DNA from: a virus
IMG/VR virus record: IMGVR_UViG_3300008448_000023
Coordinates: 1-64,000 of that record
Direction: 5' to 3' (one strand)
Length of the DNA stretch: 64,000 nt
Shown here one piece after another: positions 56,642-64,000 of the stretch (position 1 is its first letter; each line of letters opens with the position of its first letter). The position numbers and the translations under genes were made by a program. Below the pieces are notes generated by a model. It saw only the letters and a list, made by a program, of their open reading frames with translations. It was not told the origin of the DNA and searched no databases.

Positions 56642-57662
56642 AATAGATCTCCGTGGCAACAGCGGAGACTGTCTAACTGTTTATATCAATGTGCACGACA
56701 ACAGTTTGAGTCGTAAATGGTTGGCCGCGCTCAATGATATTATTCGTAATCAACTGCATCTAGAAAAGAACTATTGTTGGATGGGCTGGACTGAGCATGA
56801 TCGCAACTTAGAATATCTTTGTACACAAGTCAATCGCAGTATTCATGCAATCAACAGCAGCAATTTAGATTATCGTATACAAGACTTTTTTAGTCCTGCC
56901 AATGTAATACAAAAAAATCTTGATGTCAATCATGACAAAATGAATCATCTGCATCGTTATTTCGAAGACCTGCAAGGAACTTCGGGTGCAATGAGCAGGT
57001 ACTACACAGCCGCAGACGATCACACACGTTGGCACATACGCCAATTAAATTTATTGTGTCATGAAATAGAAAGTCTTGTGCTGAGCATGCGCAAAGATGT
57101 GCAAGCACCTGAATGGAAGCGTCCCAGCCAGTTGATGTGCTGGCTCAATGCCCCACGTTTTGTGCTAGAACAAGAAGATTATGAGTTGTTTGGTGTTGAC
57201 ACCATTAACCGTAGTCTTGGTGGTGTGTATGTGGGCGTGAACAAAGCAGTAGGCAAGCACCATTGGGAAGTGTTCAACGACGAAGGCCGCGACAGTCGCA
57301 TCGGCGAACTTGTTACGTCCTCACTAAAAGCACAGACTGAAGCCGCAGGAGATTTTGATATTGAGTGGGCACGTGACCCTGGCGCTTACCATTGGCAAAA
57401 GACCAAATTGGCTGAATTCCGTGAATGGCTTATCGCGAACGGATTTGATCCTGACGACAAAGCCCTCACTATCGGCCATCCCAAGGTTGCTCAAGTTGAT
57501 TTGCAGCGCTCATTCGGCACAACAGACTACACAGAGATATGGGCACAGCTAGCCCAACATCTGGATGTGTATAAAATACGCACCAGTTCAGCAGAAGCTA
57601 CATATAACTATAACTGGAGCGATGCAGACTATGCAGAGCAACAAATAAAGGAACTTAAATGA
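56628..57662 (+). CDS. Hypothetical protein
   Basis: 344-aa ORF coupled to its neighbours. His-containing motifs NHLHRYFE and LNLLCHEIES suggest metal binding. Confidence 0.6.
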   Translation: MESIEIDLRGNSGDCLTVYINVHDNSLSRKWLAALNDIIRNQLHLEKNYCWMGWTEHDRNLEYLCTQVNRSIHAINSSNLDYRIQDFFSPANVIQKNLDVNHDKMNHLHRYFEDLQGTSGAMSRYYTAADDHTRWHIRQLNLLCHEIESLVLSMRKDVQAPEWKRPSQLMCWLNAPRFVLEQEDYELFGVDTINRSLGGVYVGVNKAVGKHHWEVFNDEGRDSRIGELVTSSLKAQTEAAGDFDIEWARDPGAYHWQKTKLAEFREWLIANGFDPDDKALTIGHPKVAQVDLQRSFGTTDYTEIWAQLAQHLDVYKIRTSSAEATYNYNWSDADYAEQQIKELK

Positions 57663-57760
57663 ACTGGATTAAAAGCATCTGGAATCGAATTACCTTGGAA
57701 ATTCGCTATCGTAAAAAGCTAAAAGAACTACGCAAGCGCGATCCATTTATCTACAAATGA
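57659..57760 (+). CDS. 33-aa basic peptide ending RDPFIYK
   Basis: MNWIKSIWNRITLEIRYRKKLKELRKRDPFIYK; ATGA overlaps at both ends. Confidence 0.65.
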   Translation: MNWIKSIWNRITLEIRYRKKLKELRKRDPFIYK

Positions 57761-58401
57761 AAAAGCAGTTGTTAACAGTAGGGGATAGTTTTACCTATGG
57801 TGATGAACTTGACGATATCTATCAGGCTTGGCCTTATCAGTTGGCAGATCTACTAGATTACGAAGTGCATAACATGGGCCTAAGCGGTGCCAGCAATGCT
57901 AGTATATTGCGTAGATCACTAGAAGAACTAGTAACCAACGAGTACGATCTAGTAATCATTGGATGGACTAACCCGGGACGTATCGAGTGGAAAGACGACA
58001 CTGGTATTCCCTATAACATGTGGCCAGGACATGCAGGGTCGTCGGCGTTCTTTGTTGAACAACCATGGCGGTTGGATCTGCTGAGCTACATTAGTCAACA
58101 TCATAATTCATCATACCTGTATCAGCGATATCTAATTCAAGTTCTTTCTTTACAATCTTATTTTGAAGCACATAACATTGAGTATAGAATGATAGATACT
58201 GTACGCAACAACTACTATCGAAAAGTTGGCGCCGAAGAACATGATAAATTAGAAGCAAAAATAAACACTAAAAAGTTTGTAGGCTGGAACAGTTTTGGAA
58301 TGTCTGAGCTAACTATGGATTGTCCACGCGGTGTAGGTAGTCACCCACTGGAAAAAGGCCATAAAAAAATAGCCAATGAAATATATCAAGGATTAAAATG
58401 A
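57757..58401 (+). CDS. SGNH/GDSL hydrolase family protein
   Basis: GDSFTYG, NMGLSGASN, HPLEKGH. Confidence 0.8.
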   Translation: MKKQLLTVGDSFTYGDELDDIYQAWPYQLADLLDYEVHNMGLSGASNASILRRSLEELVTNEYDLVIIGWTNPGRIEWKDDTGIPYNMWPGHAGSSAFFVEQPWRLDLLSYISQHHNSSYLYQRYLIQVLSLQSYFEAHNIEYRMIDTVRNNYYRKVGAEEHDKLEAKINTKKFVGWNSFGMSELTMDCPRGVGSHPLEKGHKKIANEIYQGLK

Positions 58402-59879
58402 ATATTCTAGGGATATCCGGCGGCTTTCACGATGCTGCTGCCACAGTAATTGATAGTTCAGGCAACATCTTGTTTGCTGGCCATGCAGAACGCTATAGTA
58501 AATGCAAGAGCGATGCTGACATTGGCTCTGCACTGTTAGACGAACTAGAGCAATACAATCCCATTGGTACTGTAGCATACTATGAACGACCGCTAGTAAA
58601 GCAACTGCGTCAATGGTACGCAGGACAGGGCATAGAGTGGGATAAACTAACTGCTCGACAAGCTGTGAACAAACAAACACAAGGGAGGTACGATCATGTG
58701 CCCATACAGTCTTTCAATCATCATCTTAGCCATGCTGCTGCGGGGTTTCAAACGAGCACGTTCCAAAGAGCCACAGTTGTGGTAATAGATGCTGTGGGTG
58801 AATTTGAAACAATCACAATATGGGGAGCACAATATGATCGAAGTGGTGTGGCAAAGTATAAAAGACTTTGGAGCCAGCGTTATCCACATTCAATTGGACT
58901 GTTCTACAGCGCAGCTACTGGCAGCGTTGGCCTACGCCCACTAGATGAAGAATACATCTTGATGGGCATGGCTGCTTACGGCAGCTCAGAACATAATCTA
59001 ACACTGCAAAAAAAGCTAGTCAGTGATACTGTGAATATTAAATTCCGTGAAAATCTACACACAGGCATAGACAGTAAACACCTAGCTGACATGACAGACT
59101 ATGACATTGCTGCCAGCGCACAGGCCATTGCAGAAAATTTGATCAACAATGTCATGAGCAGAGCACGTGATTTTAAGTGGTCTGACAATCTGGTATACAT
59201 GGGTGGCGTTGCTCTCAATTGTTCAGCCAACAGGCATATAGGACGGTATTTTGATAACATATGGATTATGCCTTGCCCTGGCGATGCTGGCAGTAGCCTG
59301 GGTGCTGCTGCCCTGGCTTGGGGTAAAAGAGTTAAATGGACTGATGCTTATCTCGGACACAATATCGCTGGTGACTATCCTGTTAATGATATTCTCAATC
59401 ATCTGGCATCTGATCTCATTGTTGGTGTTGCTAGCGGCCGTGCTGAGTTTGGTCCTCGTGCACTAGGAAATCGTAGCTTGCTGGCCGATCCACGAGGCGA
59501 GCGTATCAAGGACCAAGTAAATGCAATCAAACGTAGACAAAAATTTAGACCTTTTGCCCCTGTTATTTTGGAGGAACATGTTGATATGTACTTTGATATG
59601 CCTAGGGGTTTCCCTGACAGTAGGTATATGCAAGTCATCGCTCGTTGCCGGCATCCTCACATATTTCCTGCTATCATTCATCATGACCACACTAGTCGTG
59701 TACAAACTGTGCCGCGAGATGGAAGCGGAATTAGACAACTACTCGAAAAGTGGTACACAATGACTGGGTGTCCCATGTTGCTGAACACATCGTTGAACAT
59801 TCGCGGCGAACCCATGGTCAACGATCGCAAGGACGCAGACAGATTTGAAACATTGTATGGCGTCAAAGTATGCAGTTGA
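58398..59879 (+). CDS. O-carbamoyltransferase (NodU/CmcH/TobZ family)
   Basis: ILGISGGFHDAAA, HHLSHAAAG, DAVGE, MGMAAYG, GGVALNC, GDAGSSLG, EFGPRALGNRSLL, FRPFAP, SRVQTV, LLNTSLNIRGEPMV. Confidence 0.95.
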   Translation: MNILGISGGFHDAAATVIDSSGNILFAGHAERYSKCKSDADIGSALLDELEQYNPIGTVAYYERPLVKQLRQWYAGQGIEWDKLTARQAVNKQTQGRYDHVPIQSFNHHLSHAAAGFQTSTFQRATVVVIDAVGEFETITIWGAQYDRSGVAKYKRLWSQRYPHSIGLFYSAATGSVGLRPLDEEYILMGMAAYGSSEHNLTLQKKLVSDTVNIKFRENLHTGIDSKHLADMTDYDIAASAQAIAENLINNVMSRARDFKWSDNLVYMGGVALNCSANRHIGRYFDNIWIMPCPGDAGSSLGAAALAWGKRVKWTDAYLGHNIAGDYPVNDILNHLASDLIVGVASGRAEFGPRALGNRSLLADPRGERIKDQVNAIKRRQKFRPFAPVILEEHVDMYFDMPRGFPDSRYMQVIARCRHPHIFPAIIHHDHTSRVQTVPRDGSGIRQLLEKWYTMTGCPMLLNTSLNIRGEPMVNDRKDADRFETLYGVKVCS

Positions 59880-60562
59880 GCGGAAATTTGTTGATACTGG
59901 GAGATAGCTTTTGTCAACATCCTGAATACTGGCCTGAGTATTTTGCTGGTCATATACTGGGACCAACCAGTCAACATCGTTGCCTAGGGTACGGCGGCGC
60001 CAGCTGGTGGTTTTTGCGCGACAAATTATTGCAGTTCATATCTTGTGAATCAAAGTTTTGGAACAACACAGAGCTGCTGGTTATGATACATCCTCCGCGA
60101 TCACGAATTCATACTACATTAGACGAAGTTAGATTTAAAACTTTTGATCCTCCTTTGCCACGTGTTTTCAACAATGTTGATTTTGAAGAGTTAGACATAG
60201 CAGTCAAGCTTTATTACAAGTATTTTCATTCAGAAGAATATTGCCGTTGGGCAGAAACTCAATGGTTCAAAGAATTATCCACACTGTGCAAAAATAAACA
60301 AGTTATCAATCTGTTTGTAGACATAGATGTGCCTAGATCATCTGACCACTTGCCAGGAATAACAATAGATCAGTCATTGATTGGAATTCAATTCAATCAA
60401 TACATGCGTACACAAGATATTGAACCATTTGATGGTATCATTGGATTTCAAAATCATTTCACGGCAAACAACAACAAAATCTTTGCCAAACAACTATATG
60501 AAATTGCTCAAGGTACAACCAAAAAATTTAACCCAACAGAATTTGAAAAGTATGAGCAATAG
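59870..60562 (+). CDS. SGNH-like protein
   Basis: LILGDSFC, GYGGASW, C-terminal QNHFT. Confidence 0.6.
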   Translation: MQLSGNLLILGDSFCQHPEYWPEYFAGHILGPTSQHRCLGYGGASWWFLRDKLLQFISCESKFWNNTELLVMIHPPRSRIHTTLDEVRFKTFDPPLPRVFNNVDFEELDIAVKLYYKYFHSEEYCRWAETQWFKELSTLCKNKQVINLFVDIDVPRSSDHLPGITIDQSLIGIQFNQYMRTQDIEPFDGIIGFQNHFTANNNKIFAKQLYEIAQGTTKKFNPTEFEKYEQ

Positions 60563-61817
60563 AGTATTCCCGATTAAAAGCGACACGGCCTGTTTGTTGA
60601 AGTGGGCCTGGTCAACAGTATATCTAGGTCAGGGCACAAGCTCAAGTTGTCACCGCACAGATCAGGCACTTATTCCCCCAGACAACTTTGCAAGCTTTCA
60701 CAACTTGCCCAACAAAGTGGCAGCACGAAAGCAAATGCAGGAAGGCACTTGGCCACAAGGCGGATGTCAGTACTGTGAAAAGATTGAGCAAGCAGGCGGC
60801 ATGAGCGATCGACAATACCAACTCAAGGCTGGTCACGAAGCTGATCGCACTCCTGAAGAGTTGTTGACAGACCCCACTGCCACAGAAGTTGTGCCCACTA
60901 TCTTGGAAGTCTACTTCAACAACACCTGCAACATGGCCTGCTTGTATTGCGGTAGTCACTTCAGTACCAAATGGGAAGAAGAAAACAAGAGATTTGGCGT
61001 ATTTGAACAAGGGCGTGTACGGTTTGGATACAATCAACCCTCCAATCCCAACTATGACAAAATGTTGGCAGACTTCTGGCAGTATCTCAGAGACAAAGAT
61101 CGCTACAAGCACATACGCTACTATCAGATCCTAGGCGGAGAACCATTCTTTCAGCCAGAGTTTGACACCAGCTTAGACTTCTGGGAAAGTCATCCCAACC
61201 CGGAACTCACATTCAACATCATTACCAACTTGAAAGTGCCCACAAAGAAGTTCAAAGCATACATAGATCGCTTTGGGGCAATGGTTGAGTCTGGTGCATT
61301 AAAACGTCTACAAATAACTGGCAGCTTGGATGCCTGGGGTCCACAAGAAGAATATGTGCGCTGGGGACTTGACCTTGAGGAGTGGCAAGAGAACTGGGAA
61401 TACTTGCTGGACAAAGACTGGGTTGTGATGTGCATGAACACAGCTATCAGTGCGCTGACAATTAAAACACTGCCTGACTTAGTGGAACGTATCAATGGTT
61501 GGAATGCTCGCCGCAATCCCTGGAATCCCATCAGCTTCAGCTTTATGTCAGTAATGACACCGCCTGAAATGGTTCCGGATATCTTTGGTGCTGGAGTGTT
61601 TGATGCAGACTTTGAACGTGTGTTGGCAGCCATGCCTACAGACAAACCTGGATCCCAAGAAGCACGAGAACACATGACTGGCATTATGCGACAGATACAA
61701 GCAGGCCCCAGAGATCAAAGCCGCATTGATGATCTCAAAGTTTATCTAACTGAGATTGATCGCCGCCGCGGAACCAATTGGAAACAGTTATTTCCGTGGC
61801 TTGCAGAGCTCAACTAA
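60552..61817 (+). CDS. Radical SAM enzyme with N-terminal Twitch/SPASM-like Cys cluster
   Basis: CNMACLYC, LGGEP; CLLKW...SCHR...CQYC. Start placed at ATG 60552. Confidence 0.9.
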   Translation: MSNRVFPIKSDTACLLKWAWSTVYLGQGTSSSCHRTDQALIPPDNFASFHNLPNKVAARKQMQEGTWPQGGCQYCEKIEQAGGMSDRQYQLKAGHEADRTPEELLTDPTATEVVPTILEVYFNNTCNMACLYCGSHFSTKWEEENKRFGVFEQGRVRFGYNQPSNPNYDKMLADFWQYLRDKDRYKHIRYYQILGGEPFFQPEFDTSLDFWESHPNPELTFNIITNLKVPTKKFKAYIDRFGAMVESGALKRLQITGSLDAWGPQEEYVRWGLDLEEWQENWEYLLDKDWVVMCMNTAISALTIKTLPDLVERINGWNARRNPWNPISFSFMSVMTPPEMVPDIFGAGVFDADFERVLAAMPTDKPGSQEAREHMTGIMRQIQAGPRDQSRIDDLKVYLTEIDRRRGTNWKQLFPWLAELN

Positions 61818-62816
61818 ACTGGCGTTAAACTGAATTTGATCTGCGTAGGTATCATGTGCCGTACGCAGATTTTCTATTGCAGCCAGGTGTTCAGAGTGTG
61901 CAGGATTGACAACATCTTGGACAGCAAAGTCAGCCCATGTGCCCCAATCTTCGAGTCTGTTGACTACCCCGTCAAACCCAAAGTTAACACATAGCTCGCA
62001 GAAGTTTTGCACGTCATGATGGTTGGCTTGTTGAAACACGAACTTCAACAGCACTTCCGACTTGGTACGTTGTTGTACCAGCTTCAGCCACTCTAAGTTG
62101 CGCATTAGTACATCCCAGCGTCCGGGTCTGCGTACATTGTGATACACTTCTGCAGAACCTGCGTCCATACTGATAAAGTATTGCGTAATGTTGTCTAGTA
62201 TAGGTGAGTCGCTTAATTGCTTTTCCATCAGCAAACCATTGGTAAACAATCGTATAGTTTGTTGTGGAGTCGGCTGGAACTCACGGATCAGCGGACGCAT
62301 GATAGAACTTGCTAGTGGATCGCCATTGCCCGACATAACAATATGACAAGGTTCTTCAAATTGTTCTAACAGTCTTCGTGTGTGTTCTACTTGTGCTAGC
62401 TTGCGCTCATAGTCTGCGCCTTGTGAAACCATGATAGCATCACTGCGGCAACTAGGGCAAGCTAGATTGCAACTTTCGTCTATGTTGATGCTGACAACAT
62501 AGCCAGTATCAAATAAGTCTCGGTTTCTAACACCGCAACGGTCTACGGCACAGTGCGTGAACTTGCCATCTACAATGTCTTGTTGTAAGGCTTGTGCTGT
62601 GGGATGTGCCCATACATCCGCTAGGCGATCAAAGTCAGTGATCCGGCCAGGACTAACAGGCAACCATGCTTCGCAGCCGCATACAAAACAATCTCCTTTC
62701 CAATCTACTACCAATTGACGACTAGGTGCATTGCAGCGGTAGTCTATGGTGTAGCCTAGTTGCGCATTGCGCGGGATTGAGTTATATGCATGCTGGTTAG
62801 CAATCGGGATGATCAT
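61788..62816 (-). CDS. Radical SAM enzyme
   Basis: CNLACPSC, SGNGDP; N-terminal C...GDCFVCGC...C...C cluster. Confidence 0.88.
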   Translation of the reverse strand: MIIPIANQHAYNSIPRNAQLGYTIDYRCNAPSRQLVVDWKGDCFVCGCEAWLPVSPGRITDFDRLADVWAHPTAQALQQDIVDGKFTHCAVDRCGVRNRDLFDTGYVVSINIDESCNLACPSCRSDAIMVSQGADYERKLAQVEHTRRLLEQFEEPCHIVMSGNGDPLASSIMRPLIREFQPTPQQTIRLFTNGLLMEKQLSDSPILDNITQYFISMDAGSAEVYHNVRRPGRWDVLMRNLEWLKLVQQRTKSEVLLKFVFQQANHHDVQNFCELCVNFGFDGVVNRLEDWGTWADFAVQDVVNPAHSEHLAAIENLRTAHDTYADQIQFNASLVELCKPRK

Positions 62817-63832
62817 AGATATGACTCTAGACCACCGCGACGACGTAGGTCCTGGGTACAGCAGCTGATGCCGCCGTCCCAGAAGTAGCTGTGACGCAAC
62901 TCACTTATAATCGGATTGATCCGATGCTTCTTACAATAATCAAACACCTGCTTGTTATAAGCAGAGAAGATTACATTCTCTTCGTCAAGCACAAGACAGT
63001 TAACATCAAAAACTGTCTCAGCTACAAACCCTGTCCATTTATTTAGATACTTGTCCACAAAGTCTGTAAACTCTGCTGTGGGAGTTTGTCCTTGTACATA
63101 CCAAGCACCAGGGCTTTGTTCGTACTTGAACTTGCCAACTTCCATGGCGGCCCAGATACTTGGATCCCAGATCTTGCACACATCCCAGCCAGGGAAATCA
63201 CGTGCTAGATCCAAGTTAACATCGTGCTTGGAACTTAACAGCACACCAGGTTTGAGAATAGCAAACACAGCATCGCCATGTCCGTCGGTGATGGCCTCAT
63301 GGATTTGATATTCTGGTCCTAACACGTTATCCACTATCCAACGGGTTTGTTCGGGCTTTAGGAAGTCTGAGTTGTCAAAGAATACATCGCGGCCCACACG
63401 CACGATACAGCTGGCACTTGCACCATTTAGAATGCAGTCTTCATCCCACTCGCTCTTGTGTGGGTTAACAACTTGATCCTTGTATTCAGCACAAATAGTG
63501 TCTAGCTCTTTCATGTTTAGTACACGCAACAGTTTGTCGCCTAGTGTGATTTGCCAATCTCTTGGAGTCAGTGGCGGTAGCGGAGCACCCCCACCTTCGG
63601 TTTGAAACCAAACAAACTCGTCCTTGGGACGCACGTCAGGTCTGCGCACTCGGGCACCATATTGCTCGATGGTCTTTTGTAGGTTGTTGAGATCCTCTTC
63701 TGTTTCATGCAGGATCTGTTGCATTTGATTACGAACTTGAGGATTGTCGATGAAGTCAAAGTAATCTGCTGGGTAGGCACGGCCCACAATAACTTCTTCT
63801 AAAGGTTGCCAAGATGTGTAACTGTTGATCAT
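62813..63832 (-). CDS. Amidinotransferase (glycine/inosamine-phosphate amidinotransferase family)
   Basis: NSYTSWQPLEEVIVG, PRD, GHGD, FDVN, C-terminal DGGISCCTQDLRR with catalytic Cys. Start placed at ATG 63832. Confidence 0.85.
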   Translation of the reverse strand: MINSYTSWQPLEEVIVGRAYPADYFDFIDNPQVRNQMQQILHETEEDLNNLQKTIEQYGARVRRPDVRPKDEFVWFQTEGGGAPLPPLTPRDWQITLGDKLLRVLNMKELDTICAEYKDQVVNPHKSEWDEDCILNGASASCIVRVGRDVFFDNSDFLKPEQTRWIVDNVLGPEYQIHEAITDGHGDAVFAILKPGVLLSSKHDVNLDLARDFPGWDVCKIWDPSIWAAMEVGKFKYEQSPGAWYVQGQTPTAEFTDFVDKYLNKWTGFVAETVFDVNCLVLDEENVIFSAYNKQVFDYCKKHRINPIISELRHSYFWDGGISCCTQDLRRRGGLESYL

Positions 63833-64000
63833 ATGTTTAATTGTGCGAATAAAGTATTTAGGCGTTGAGTCTTGCTGGCGGCAAATAAACGCTGGTTGTG
63901 TACAATGTCGTCCCAGCAGCCGGTATACCAAGCTTGCATGTCTTGACTTTGTAGTTGTTGCAAGCTGGATTTGATAGCTTGCCACCTTTGGGTGTTGTTG
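63829..64000 (-). CDS. Partial CDS (C-terminus) entering from the right edge
   Basis: Open frame ...NNTQRWQAIKSSLQQLQSQDMQAWYTGCWDDIVHNQRLFAASKTQRLNTLFAQLNI* with ATGA overlap into the amidinotransferase. Resembles the C-terminus of the 49387-50502 protein. Confidence 0.55.
   Translation of the reverse strand, partial: NNTQRWQAIKSSLQQLQSQDMQAWYTGCWDDIVHNQRLFAASKTQRLNTLFAQLNI

Noticed and set aside
61788-61817. 30-nt convergent overlap of two radical SAM genes
   Set aside because: Ordinary compact packing at the junction of opposing operons; no extra structure seen.
57659-63832. Saxitoxin or aminoglycoside antibiotic production by the phage
   Set aside because: Only shared tailoring-enzyme classes are present; no SxtA-like PKS, cyclitol synthase or aminotransferase is in the window.
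1-64000. Stop-codon reassignment as seen in some large phages
   Set aside because: Very long ORFs are intact in the standard code, and TAA, TGA and TAG all end genes at sensible boundaries.

Overview
Fragment of a large T4-like (myovirus-type, probably jumbo) bacteriophage genome read in the standard code. From left to right: (1) a tape-measure-like gene running off the left edge, divergent from a gp26-like/gp51-like tail-hub chaperone pair that appears joined by a -1 slippery site; (2) a translationally coupled accessory operon (DUF1415-like, ATE/Bpt-like aminoacyl-transferase, DUF6614-like, DUF6165-like, sulfotransferase-like); (3) a ~430-nt non-coding, highly base-paired element with predicted pseudoknots directly downstream of a minimal GIY-YIG nuclease gene; (4) gp46/gp47 recombination nuclease genes split by an inserted TctC/Bug solute-binding protein and an adenylate-forming enzyme, then a gp55-like late sigma factor; (5) a ~32-kb late baseplate/tail-fibre operon (gp53-, gp5-, gp25-, gp6-like, a 4872-aa wedge protein, a fibre) with nnTAAATA late promoters; (6) a >19-kb tailoring-enzyme island with glycosyltransferase-like genes, seven radical SAM enzymes, three SGNH-like proteins, an O-carbamoyltransferase and an amidinotransferase. 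Best candidates for undescribed systems: the GIY-YIG + structured RNA pair, the radical-SAM/glycan-tailoring island and the phage ATE-like operon. All family calls come from motifs recognised by eye; no database searches were run.
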